A stretch of DNA of 64,000 nucleotides from assembly GCA_028534125.1 (NCBI GenBank), contig CM052816.1:71488001-71552000 (forward strand), given 5' to 3'. The notes below the pieces were generated by a model, which was given only the letters and a program-made list of their open reading frames with translations, had not been told where the DNA came from and searched no databases. Position 1 is the first letter of the stretch; each line of letters opens with the position of its first letter. Positions 13,113 through 25,837 of the stretch are shown one piece after another. This stretch comes from Lama glama (taxonomy: Eukaryota). The position numbers and the translations under genes were made by a program.

Positions 13113-16079
13113 AATATTTTGTTCAACCCTCTGTAACGAGTACCTAGAACAGAACCCACTGTTTGAGAGGCAATAAGTAAATTCCTATTGGATAATTATA
13201 GTTATCCATTATCGGATATATGCTGAAAATGAACATAGAAATGTAAACCCTGATTCAAAGTGCAAAATCAAAATAGTTGGAAGTACTGATTGACCAGAAA
13301 TCTAAATTTCAACTTTAAGTAGAGTGTTAGAGAAATTTCCATTATGTGGGAGCTCAGTTTTAACTTAGTATGGTACATTACCATTTGGTAACAAACTGTA
13401 AATGTTTTAAAGATCTGTATAGCTTTTTTAAAGTGCGTCTTTGCTTTAAGTTTTATTTTCTATTTACATGTAAATTTTATTTTACCATATCAATATTACA
13501 TTTCTTATAGATGATATTTCTAAATGGAAACAGAAAAAATTCTTTATAACATAAATATGTAGGAATAGTTTTAAATGAATGCATTCTGCCTAATGAAAGA
13601 ATTCCAGGAAAACTAATGAGTGTGTCAATTTCAATTACTTCCAGTTTGAGTTGCATCCTAAAGGCGAGTAGACAATATGTAAGCCAATTTTTTTCCTAAC
13701 ATCCCCTTCTAGCTCCATTTCAGTGTACTCCCAAACTTGAGCTAGACAGAAGGAGGAGAAATACATGATACCTTGTGATATATTACAATTGCTAACTTTT
13801 ACCTTTTAGAGATGGGCAATGAATAGACTACTCTTCAAAATGACTCCAGTCTAACGGAGTATTTTAAGACCCTCTAAATATATTCATGACAACTGAATCC
13901 TCTTGGATATTAAGTACCTTCACACCACATGGACAGAGGGAAACCTCCATTTTAAAGTATTTAACAGGGAATCAAATATCACAAAACAAATAAGAGTATC
14001 ACTTTCGTGGATTAGAAGACAGTTATAATGCATACTCAGGTAAACTTGATTTACTACCTCAAGGCTCTTGCCTGAAAGCTTTTAAAGGAGATGGAGATTC
14101 ATATATTTTTTAAAAAACCAAAATACTCGGGACATGGGCATCTAAGTGATACTCTCCCGAACACAGAGCCAAGTTGCACAATTAGAAATACATGACTCCA
14201 CGGCCACACAGTTTTCCAGGCTGGAAGATGCTACTCAAACTTAATCCACTTGTCCCCCTTTCTATTATATAAAGAACGAATCTGCCTTTCAGAGCCCACG
14301 TAAATTATTCCTTGCTGTATTAAGTGATAGTGATTTTCTTATTTACAATGTTCATAGATTATTAAAGTTATTCTGTGATGTATATTTCAAGTAATGAAGG
14401 AAACTTTCTGGAATCAAGCAGAGTTTTGGAGAAAGCTGCAAGTATCAGGAGCTTTTCTTATAGCTTTGTAAATCTATAAAATTAGAAGATATGTTTCAAT
14501 GCTTTCAACTTTAATAACAAATAATAATTTAAAATTTTTATGTATATTTAGAATATGTATTGGCCACATCAAATCTTATTTCACTTGTTGATTCAATCAT
14601 TCAAAAATTATTTGGAATTTATATTCCACCCCTCCCTACCATTGAACTTTAGTTATTTTGGAAATGAGAAATAAATTATATACTAATTAATTTTATGTTC
14701 ACCAGCAAACTATAAGTGCAAGTTTTTTTTCCATTTAATGGGACAGACAAAAAAGATATTGTAGCTTTAAATAACTCACCCAAGTGAGACACATTGAATT
14801 AGTTATTATTATGGGACTATAACTTACTATTGATTCTATTGATTTTGTGATATTAGAAGCTTCCTACTCAAGGTGAGTTTATTTTGTTTCTATCAGAATT
14901 TTTACCTATGGATACTGGCAAAAATAAAGACAGCATTAAGTTATTCACTGTTACAGCAATAAATTTCAGACATTAGGATAAGCAAATTTAAGCACGAATT
15001 AGTTATATTGTTCTTTTACTTCTTCAGGTGTTTATCAATATAGTTTCTACTAGCAAAACAAGGCAAAGCATTTGTAACTATTACAGTATTAATTTATAGA
15101 TATGAATTAGGTTATTTTTCCACCTTCAGAATTCCTCCTAACAATATGCACAAAGCCCTTCATAAAATGTATATGCATAAGTGTAACTAAATTTAAGTTG
15201 GCCCTTTACACCAAGAACAACACACTCCTTCATAATGAATGTCAGGTCCTGTTTTTCCTGCATTACAGTTTCTCCTCATTCTCCTAAAGGAAAAAAAAAA
15301 TGGCTATTTCCATAACTGTTCCTCCTGCCTAAACAATCACTTGTACTTAAATAAATTAATAAGCTTCATAAGATATATTTCATGTGCATTAAAAAAAAAT
15401 CATCCTGAAATGAGACAGAGAGCCCTGTGGAAACTTGTCAAGTCACGGTGGAAAGCTGGAAAATACAAAGCAGAATAATAAACAGGAAGGATGAATCTAA
15501 GTTCTGAAACTGGAGTCTATGTACCAACTGGAATCAGCACTGCAGGGCAAGGGGAGTACATCGGTCCTCATTCCTGCAGGTCGGAGTTCATTATAAAAGG
15601 AGTCTATCCAAGGTACCAGTCAACGTGGCTGAGCTACCGGAATACCAAAAGGAACAAATTACAAGAGCGTGTCAGCTCTATGTGCTTCCTATGGGATGGA
15701 TGGTGAAGATAACAGTGTTTTAGACTGTAGAAACCTATTTTCACTCTGTGATAGAATTTTGTTTTTTAAAAATGTACTATTTGAGATTTTGACTTAAAGT
15801 GGAATAACAATGTCAATCAATTAATACTTAACAAAAACCTGTGATGTGCCCCGTGTGGGGGAGATTTGAGAGGTTTTAGACAGTTTCTGCCCATAGAAAT
15901 TTAACAGTCTCTTTGCAGGTACGTTATGAATAGTCGCAAAACAAGCAGTAACTTCTTTGGAGTCCTGCTAATGCTAGATATCAAACAACCGAAAACACAA
16001 GTACACCTGTAAGACGCAAAACTATGTGCTTCATAGGGAATTTTTTAAAAAATCAACATGACCAAAAATGTTCCCTTTC

Positions 16080-16930
16080 TCCAAGCCCTAAATCATTCTA
16101 CATTTCTCTTTCTCCCCCTTAGAACTATTCACCATATGTTGTTAATCTTAATTGCTAGAAATTTGCCCTGTATTTATGTCTTTCCCTTTGTCCCCACTCC
16201 CTATCACCAATGTCCTGATTCCGGCTTGTCTCTGTCATCAGTAACCACCAAAAGGTTTGTTTATTTATTCAACAAAAATGTATGGAGCCCCTGCTTAGTT
16301 GGTGATGATTGTGACGAGTAGTAAATGAGATGGAGACTCTTCCTGCGGTCCTGGAACCTGGGAACTTCTCCATCCCACCTGACCATAGCAGCGTACTGCA
16401 GCTAGATACCAATTTAAAATACAAATATGATTATGTCCTCTCCCGAATGAAAACCATTTAATGCCTTGTCCCCTAGAGCACTAACTCCAAACTCCATAAG
16501 ATGGATAGAAAGTCCTCTCTGTCCTCACGGGTCCCTGTCTAGTTTTATAGCTTCAGTTTCCTGGGCTCAGCCATTCACTTCAGACTTGACATTCTAACAG
16601 TTTCAAAGTCTCTGTGTTCCTGCAAACACCAGAGAAATTCTTGCCTTTTGCTTAGTCTCTTTCTGCTAAAGGACTCACCACTTATTCTTCTCCGAGCTAA
16701 GCTGTGCCTCCTCCAAGATGCCTTGCTTAAATTCCTAGAAGACCTGGAGCTATGTTCCCAGGCATTTTGCATCCTTCTTGTAATTTACCTCTGTATTTTA
16801 AAATCATCTGTTTATTTCTCTGACTACTTTGGGAGATCACAAAATCCTCAAGGGCAAGAAGGGTATCTTATCCTTCTGTGTAGCCCTGACCTCCGCACTT
16901 AGAGGGTACTTGAGAATATTTCCTGAATCC
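16080..16930 (+). mobile_element. Decayed L2 fragments, with a short antisense L2 tail at ~16255-16360
   Basis: AAATACAAATATGATTATGTCCTCTCCCGAATGAAAACCATTTAATG is L2-like. The antisense piece reads TTTATTCAACAAAAATGTATGGAGCCCCTGCTTAG. Confidence 0.6.
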
Positions 16931-17356
16931 TTTAGGACATGCTGTGTGCTCTCCCCTAAAGGCTGTTTACATAGCTTCCGCCAACCTGAGTTAGTTGATC
17001 TAGATGGCTGCATATCTCTTTTATCTGCATTGAATGCAACACTAGAAAACAAGGGAAGGAAGGAGAGATACAATGCTTTTACTTCCAAATGTTTAATGGA
17101 AAAAGCATAAAGGGGCTGGCTGGCTTTTATTTTTATCCTTTGAGTAAAACATCTACACATTTATCTTTCCTACTTGAAAGAGGCAACCTAGGGAATTGTT
17201 GTTTCATGCTTTGGTGTAATTTTGAGGGACACAAGACAATTATAATGAAGAACACAGGACTTGAGAACCCACCTGGATTCTCTACCAATTTTTTTAGAGT
17301 GGCTGAATTAATAACAAGCCCTTCATGATCTAGCCTTAGCCTGATTCCTCTAATTA

Positions 17357-17524
17357 CAATTGACCCTTGAACAACGCGGGGTTAGCCGTTCCTCTGTAAC
17401 CACGGTTCCGTATCCAGGGATTCAACCAACCACAGATCGCGTAGCACGGCAGTATTTACTATAGAGAAATCCAGGTATAAATGGTCCTGTGCAGTTCTAA
17501 CCTGTGTTGTTCAGGGGTCCGCTG
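17357..17524 (-). mobile_element. Tigger2-family (MER8/MER28-like) non-autonomous TcMar DNA transposon
   Basis: Terminal inverted repeats CAATTGACCCTTGAACAACGCGGG and CCTGTGTTGTTCAGGGGTCCGCTG. TA target duplication at 17355-56 and 17525-26. Confidence 0.9.
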
Positions 17525-17526
17525 TA

Positions 17527-17905
17527 CATCAAACTGCTCTATGCTCCCTGAATATGTCATCCTCACCGACTTCTCCAGATCCTGATTTTTCTCTCTGGTC
17601 TTGATGTCTCTCACATACATGCTTTTTCTCAACTTTCAACCTGGTGAGCTTCTCCAGGCACAGCTAAGGTATCATCTCCCCTCTCGAACATTCTTTGATC
17701 CACTATGCAAAGTTGTCCTGTTTATTCGATTCTTGTACCATGTTGTGCATATTTCTACTATAGCACAATTCCATTATATTCTTATTATTGGTTTCATTGC
17801 ACGTCTCTCATTGGGTAGTAAACTCTTCCTTCATGCAGGTTCTTAGCCCACATCTCAGCACAAAGCTCATTCCCACAAATGCTTGCTGAATCCGGGAATG
17901 AATAA
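17527..17905 (+). mobile_element. L2 3' end
   Basis: CAGCTAAGGTATCATCTCCCTC..., ATTTCTACTATAGCAC, tail ACAAATGCTTGCTGAATCCGGGAATGAATAAA. Confidence 0.7.
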
Positions 17906-18403
17906 AGTTGTATCTTAATTTGTTAAAACACCTACATTAAATCTTTTTGTATCAAAATATATTTTATTTGTCCCAAGGGAGAGGAGATACTTTAAATGAA
18001 GACTATCAGTCAAATAATAAAATGTCTTTGATGCGTATGGTTGTTTTTCTTATTCAAACCAATGCATCAGCATTAACCAGCTTAGTTTAATTTTCCAGGA
18101 TATTTGTATTAAATATATGATTGTTTTTATTTTCATTTCATACATGCATACAGGCCAAAGTGAACAAGCACTATCAGAGATTCAGTTAAATATCTGAATA
18201 GTCTACTTTTTATTACAAATACATTCTAGTTGATTTTTCTCCACAGACTAGAATATTTCACCACATTAGAAAAGTTATATGCTTCATATGAGGCTATTTA
18301 CAATTTGTTGAAGATTAGAAATTAACTATCTTTGGAAATCAACAGAAACATGTGAGCTAAATATATCTATAAGGGTCCCTAATCTCAGTACCACATTCAT
18401 TGC

Positions 18404-18580
18404 TTTTTTTCTTTTTTAAGGAATCAATTTATTTATTTTTTGGTTTGTTTTGGAGTGGGGCAGTAAGGGTAATTAGGTTTATTTATTTTTGGATAAAGTA
18501 CTGGGGATTGAACCCAGGACCTTGTGCATGCAGGGCATGAGCTCTACCACTTGAGCTATATCCTCTCCCTCAACCCACCT
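18404..18580 (-). mobile_element. tRNA-derived camelid-type SINE (vic-1-like), long form
   Basis: Reverse complement reads GGGAGAGGATATAGCTCAAGTGGTAGAGCTCATGCCCTGCATGCACAAGGTCCTGGGTTCAATCCCCAGTAC (Pol III A and B boxes), then AAATAAATAAACCTAATTACC and an A-rich tail. Target duplication ACATTCATTG at 18393-18402 and 18581-18590. Confidence 0.9.
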
Positions 18581-19844
18581 ACATTCATTGTTTTTTTGTT
18601 ACGTCTTGTATGGAGTTAATTATGATGAGAAGAAAATTTCTTTTATGTAGCAGTTTACTCCTCTGAAGATGGAATGGAAAAGAAAAGATTTATATACTGT
18701 GAAAAGTTCGCTAATTATGTAGAAAACTTATTTTATTAGCAATAAAATAAACATTTCTATGATAAATTAGAGTCCACTGAAATTGTGAATTAAATAATTC
18801 TAAATATTAAAATTCAAGAAATGTAAATTAAAAATTGTCACTCATCACAAGAAAATTGAGGGTTTTTTTCTTTCAGATAAAAACCTTTAAATGTAATCCC
18901 ATTAAAAAGACTAATATTGGTAGACAGAAATGTATATGGGAATTGGAGATTATTTGTTCCTCAAGGGAAAGTCACTTACACTCCAAAAAAAGGGAGGCAT
19001 GGGATCTGTCAAAGAGATTAATCAATTTAAAAAAAAAATCGTTAGATTGTAAAAGATTAATCTAGGTTGTTCCACTGTCTGTCAGGTTTGTAGGGCCAAA
19101 GTCACACTGCCTCTACTCATACTACTCTCATGGAAGCCAAGTGGAGGACAGAGGTTGATCTATGCAGTCTGACATTAACCTTGGACATCATTTAATAAAA
19201 GCAAAGCATCCTGTTCTAACTGGGTCGCAATTAGTCTGGCTCCTCAGAGTCCCCAAATCCAGTCTTTTCTGGTCACAATAAAACTAATTTTAAAAGGAAA
19301 CCTATTTCATCAGGGTAGCTTCCAGTGAAGGCAGTACCAAACAGGAATTTTTATTTATGAAAGCTTGCCTCTTTCATTAGAATTCTAATATGTAAAACAA
19401 TATAGTCACAATATCATTTCTCTTTCTTTTTCTCTCCGTCTATCATCTGTCTATTTATGTACTTGGAGGATGGAATGCATTCTAGACTAAGAAAATTGAG
19501 GGAGATTTATGGATCACTGTGACTCAAGAAAGGACTAAATCTAAATAAAACCCAGGTAATTATTTATCTGTTTTCAAAAAACTTCCCTGAAGGAGATTAC
19601 AGAATTCCATTTGCTAACTCATGTAAGTATGTTAGCAGCATGCTCAAGTGGGAGGTTTAGATCAGACCTTGAAAATAAAGTGAAGAAAAGCCTATCAAAT
19701 TTGAGTTACCAATAGCACAACCAAATTCCTCATATCTAAATAATCAGTCTCACTCTAATTTAAGAGCTTGACTGAATAAGGGTAAATCCTAAACAGAAAT
19801 TCTTACAATTGATTCTTCAGGTATGTGAACCCTATGCGCACTGC

Positions 19845-20055
19845 CCCTTCGAATCCCCACTCATAGTTTATATTTCTTCACAGCACTCAGCCTCATCTGA
19901 TATACTATATTTATTTATTTATATTCTACTTTCTCTCTGCAATGCAAATCCTATAGGCTAGGAATTTTTTGTCTAATGTATTCACTGTTTTAGCTCAAAT
20001 GTCCAGCACAGTGCCTATTATAAAATGGGCACCGAGCAAAGAATTATTGAAAGAA
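19845..20055 (+). mobile_element. L2 3' end
   Basis: TTCTTCACAGCACTCAGC...AATGCAAATCCTATAGG...TTCACTGTTTTAGCTCAAATGTCCAGCACAGTGCCT. Confidence 0.8.
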
Positions 20056-23000
20056 ATAATTAACTTACTAATTAGAAAATACATTATCAATTGTCTCATA
20101 AGACTGATGGCATGTGACTTGTCTACACTCAAAATATGAAAACTCCAATTCTATCATTTGATTTTTAACCAAGATACACTTGTAAGATTTATACATATGG
20201 GAAAGAATATGTGATAGTTTGTAAATTAACTGCACACGGTTACCAAGAATATATGTATAGTCTTCTTACAAATGCATAATGTTATTTTATTCCTTTAATA
20301 AGCAAGTGCCAGGATAGGACTATTATAAAGCCTGTACTGAGCATGCAACTTAGAGGAAGCACAGTGTCAGAAAAGGATGGATTCCATCATTTGGACATCT
20401 GCTGGTACTCAGTACATCTGTCTTTGTGGTTACATGAAGGACCATCTGATATTTTTGATAGCCATTCTGACACCCAGCCAACATGCTATTTAGTCTTATT
20501 TGACTAAACAAAAGTAGTTCAAAAATTCTTCATTTCATTTTTCCTGGAATTAAATATTGCTGTTGAAGCCAAATCAAAACATCAATATAAGGATAGCTTA
20601 AGATTTAACTTTTATTTATTTTTTAAGGAAAAGAAATTCAGCAGTTGCATGGGACTGCTAGTAAATGTGGCAGGTTGAATGGCACCGACCAATCAGAAAG
20701 GACGGGAATGGAGAATCCCAGTGAAAACAGCACAGACTGGAGGGTTTAGTGGCCTTTTGACAGGAATGCCAAACGCAGCTTCTGACCACTTACAATAGAA
20801 TGTTAATAGCTCATGCCACTTCAACACTGACAGCTCTGAAGTGAGAGGCCACTAATCTCTGTTTGTAATATCCACAGTTGAAGGAAAAAAATAAGTATTT
20901 CTTCCTAAGCATGGGATAAGCATTTACTGTCTAAAAATTTCAGGAATGTTCTACATGTCTGAAAGTCAGAGAAAAAAGAAGACAGTCATGGACAAGGAAT
21001 CGGTTTTTTTCACTCCTGAACCAAAATATATGATTAAAATGGAATGCAGTTTTCAAGACCAATCAATTCACCAGTCAGGTCTTATTAGAATTGCTGTATA
21101 TGTGTTGTGAGCAATTGAAAGGTAAATTGTAATAGCATCTATATGGAGACAGGATTGGGCTAAGAATGGTCTCTATGTTTTTATTTTATTTTTTTCTTAA
21201 GAAGCCAAATCATAAAAGAATCTTTTCTGGGGAGTCCATGCTTCAGATTAGAAATGGAATCTGTTCATTAGCTGAACATTATTCAGGACTATAAAAAGGA
21301 GACATGTTAACAATCTTGGGCTCAATTAGGCATCAAATGTTACCCTGGCAGAAACCTGGCATGAGCCCTTTTATTAGGAAGTTTGGATGGCATTGTTTAC
21401 AATTTGTTCCTCGGGGAATGTGCTAAAAAAAGTCTGGTGGCCACCATAACTTATGCATTAACCTCATAATTTTACCTGACAGTTCACTTGTCCATCTTCC
21501 AGCTAATTGGATGGCCATCCATCGCCACTTAAATGGCAGCCACTCACCCCTACTTTCAAGAAACAAGAGAAAGTGTGTACCCTTAATCATAATATCTAAG
21601 CATCAACTTTTCTGAAAATTAGTTTAACACAGAGGTGAGCATTGAAAAAGGCAGAATCCATAGTATAATTACTGTTAAAAAAACTGATTTCAACTTGAAA
21701 TTTTCAAACACGTTTAATATCCAGATGAATCCAATTGGAATTATTACATTGTTCTTTATATTATTCACCATTATTTTAATTGAATCTTGGAGTTTTTTTC
21801 TTTGAAATCTGTTCTTTTCACAGAAACAACTGAATCAGCCAACTTGCCCTTGGAGCCATATTAAATTTCTGCTTTTAGGTATTGTGCAATATTGATGTCA
21901 AGAGGTTTTTAAATACTGTATCAATGCAAAATAATTTTTAAAAGAAGGCTGCCAGTTGTGTTTGACAAATGGTATCTTAGAAAACTGACTCGTAATGCAT
22001 TTCTATTGTTAGATTTTATGTCAAAGTCAACTATAGGGTTAAACTTTAGAAACTCGTTAAATTCTTCTTATTTGTGCAGATTTTACTTATTGTTCCTCTT
22101 CTGCTCCTTTCAGTCTTACTTTAGTTCATTAGATGCAGTAATATCTCCCTTGTCTGTGACAATTTCCATTAATATCTCAAAGGCAGCTATTAAGCCTCAT
22201 TACCAGAAAAGATTACAGAAGGATACTGCACACAATAACCGAGGGGATAAAGACAATAGTCCCATTTTCATTTGTTTCTTTGTTCTTAAGATGTAAATCA
22301 GACTTGAAGCTCTTTTTAGCCTGCTTTTCTCAGTTTATACTCTCAAAGCTTTGGGGAAGGGAAAAACCTCCACAGCTAAATAAATACTAGTATTTGGATT
22401 ATTCCTTTCTCAAAATGCAACAAAGGCATGTACCTGCTGTCAGAAATTTGCTGCAAAAATCTCATTGTCACGAAATTCAGAAAAACTGCTGGAGTATCGA
22501 CATTTACATAAGTTGTTCTTGGGAATTAACTGTGGGCTATGATGAAGCTACTTAGTGCTTGCTGCAGCCACAATTTATAAAGTATTCATTATTGCCAACA
22601 AAATACTCGAAACATCAATTCTTAGACATTTATCCAAACACACCCATGAAAAGTTATGTCTGAGTGAAACTCATTTAAACCCCCAAGAAACAAAATGTTT
22701 ATAGGTTTTTAATCTAAATAGATCTCTTTCAAATAAATGTCTGTGGTTCATATAAGAGATTTGAGATCGAGGCCTTGTGTTATTTTTTTCTCTTAGAAAG
22801 ATCTTAAATATTGATAATAATTACACAATACCAACTCCAAGTGAATTAATTTCTCCTTACAGAACTAAAAAGTGGCAGAATGAAGAATATATATAGATCG
22901 GGGACTTAACTCTGATTGTCTAAAGACAGCAGTTTTATCCTTCTGTATTTTTCAATTATCTGAAATATCTTAACTTCCTTTTGAATTTCATTGTAGATTA

Positions 23001-25654
23001 TAAACTCAATGGGGTGAAGATATAATCAGTCACTTTATGTCTCTCTCACCCCTTAATAAAGACAGGTCAAATTCTATTACTAAAATTAATAAATGATGAA
23101 AAAAAAGCTTTTAAGTTAAATGTTATGCCTCAGAGTCAATATTTGTGGTAAGAAATTCTGCGGTAATTGCTTACGTTGCCTGTGAAATTAAATGTTTATG
23201 AATTTCTGTGCTAAGGATTTACATAAGGTATCAGACTGGCCGTGAGGCCCTTCGGCCTGTTGCCCACCTTCCTTTTGTCTTGGAAGAACACGTGGCCCTC
23301 CTCCTTCCTGTGCTCCACTTTGTGCTTCAGTCTTCATCTCTGTGTCCTTTCCGCTCCTCCTCCCCTTCATGTTCGTTCTCTCGCATGTGCAACAATACTC
23401 CACAGTCCCCTAGCCCACTTTGCTCTCATATTCAGCACATCGGTCCATTTAAGAAGCATTGGCATTTGCTTCTGGTATCTGTTTTTATTATTCATCTAAA
23501 GGTGCTCCTTGGTAGGTGAGCCCTGGCATTCTCATTGCAGAACCCAAGAGCACTGGGTTGGTATGTTCCTGTGTCACCCGCCACGGCGCCGGGCAGAGGT
23601 GACTTGCCTTGCCCTCTTCTTGCCTGACACCAAGGCACTCTTCTAATCCCCCTTCTTCCATTTCTCTGACTATTCTTCTTGCCCCTGTGCATACAGTTTG
23701 CTTATGGTTGTGTTTTCAATTTCTATATTTCTTTCCTAAATAACTCAATCCACTCTCCTCACTGACTTCGAAAATCCCCAGACACACTTTCCAAGTGCCT
23801 CTCAGTACATCTAACTGAACATCATAGAACCCTTTCTTTGTTCATAGAACCCTTTCCTGCATAAGATGTTCATAATATTTCAGGAGTATAAATATGTACA
23901 TAATGTAGAGCTAGAGAGACAAACAGACAGAGACAGATTAAGAGAGAGATCACTTGTTCCACGGTCAGGGAAAATTCTGCATACTCTTAGGCCTTTACAC
24001 TTTGAAGGAGAAGAGGTTTTACAAAAACAAAATCAATTAAACTTATTTTCCACGTATTTTCTAAAATTTATTTAATCATAGAATGACTCTTATAGAAAAA
24101 CATTTTGTGAATAAGAGTGTTCTGTGGAACACAGTTTATCTATATATTAGTGTTTCAAATTCTATTCTCTGTTCGCTCATACTTTTAGCCTAACGACTGA
24201 TCATTGTCTCCTGGGAATGTTTTCCAAAGAAATAGTTAAAGAAGTCATATTTGCGGTAATTGATACATCCATTAAAATATTTTTGATACATTTGTAGGTA
24301 TCTTCTTCCATTCAAATCCTTCAAATTTCTATCACTTGGGTTCCCTCCCCAAAACATAGCTTTATTAGAAATATTCAATGCTGAGTCTGAGAACTGAATT
24401 CCCTCATCTGCAAATATTTTTTTCATGATGACAAAAATGACTAAATATAGAATATACTTAACTTTGAAGTACGTAGCAATTGTTAGATAAAATACCAATG
24501 AATGAAATCAAGTTTAAGACCTCTCTTGTCCCTTCTCATTACTTGTTATCCTGCCACCTCCACCCACATTTCTAAAAAGTTACAAAAATAACTCCTCTCT
24601 CACATATTGTCTTCTATAGAGGCTACTGGAATAAAGAGAAGTAATGAGCATGAACAACATTTATAAGCACATACTTAACTTTTTGAGTGAAAATTGTGAA
24701 ACTCTTATTAAGATCTGGAACTAAGACATCTTTTGCATAAAACCAAGATCACTTTCCACGGTAAAGCTGATCTCAGCATCCTCAAAAGGGGCAAAGTCTC
24801 AAGGGAGCAGCTCAAGACCCAACGTGGATTACTTCAGGAACAGGGAGTCAGACGAATGGCCTAAGGATTAGTGCTTTCTGTAATACGATAAGAGCGCGAC
24901 AGTATCAGAAGTCTGTTTAATATAGCATGATCTTTCCCTAGAAGAAAGCAAAGAAAGATTGTATTCCATCAAGAGGAATTACAAAGCTGTAAATTACATT
25001 GTGTCACCGCCAGTAGTATTAAATACCAAGTTTTTAATTAGCAGTCTTAACTTTATTTTGTTACTAAGACATACTTCTACAATACTCAAAGGGCACTTTT
25101 TGGTGAAAACACATCTATGGAGACATAAAATCAGGGGAGAAAAATCTAAGTGCCACAAATATGATGTATGATTTGGCAGTGAACAAAAACTAAATTATCA
25201 GTAAGAGAAAGTAAAGTATATTTATATTGTACCTGCTTCTAATGTATCATGTTAAAACTAAAAGTTATAGTACTCTGTTTCTGACTCTGAGAGAGAAAGA
25301 GTCCTTTCCAGAAACCTTAAAGAAGGCATTAAGAAAACACGATCCAGTGATCGTGTATTATGAGAACATGTGAACACTTGGATATCCACTACCAATCTCT
25401 TGACTGCCATAATCCTGTTGGGTTGCTTAAATTTATTTTAATTAAGAGGAATCAAATATCTTGGAACCATCTTGGAATCAACTCCACTACTTGATTGCCA
25501 AAAGAATTTCATTTCGTTGACCTTACGGTGCTGCAAGAGTGAATTTATACAATTAACCTACATCCTTGAGACTCTTGAACAGGATGCTACAAAGAGACGA
25601 ATGGGAACCTGTATAAAAACCACAGGAGATGCTTGAGTCAGCTTCAGGTAGAGC

Positions 25655-25745
25655 AAAAAACATAGGCTTTGAATTGGAGAATCTTGTATCTGATCCAGGT
25701 TTGGCCACTGACCAGTTGAGAAAATCATGAGGCTAGATCTCGTAT
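25655..25745 (+). mobile_element. MIR 5' fragment
   Basis: CATAGGCTTTGAATTGGAGAATCTTGTATCTGATCCAGGTTTGGCCACTGACCAGTTG. Confidence 0.55.
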
Positions 25746-25837
25746 TTCACTCTCATTACTGACATTGATTCCAGATAGGTCAAAGATTTATACATAAAAT
25801 CTAACAGCATGAAATTATTAAGAGAAACATATCTTGC

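Noticed and set aside
23188..23692. Cluster of overlapping ORFs in a GC-richer, pyrimidine-rich patch
   Set aside because: Low-complexity composition explains the lack of stops. No coherent splice structure or homology; may be a decayed repeat.
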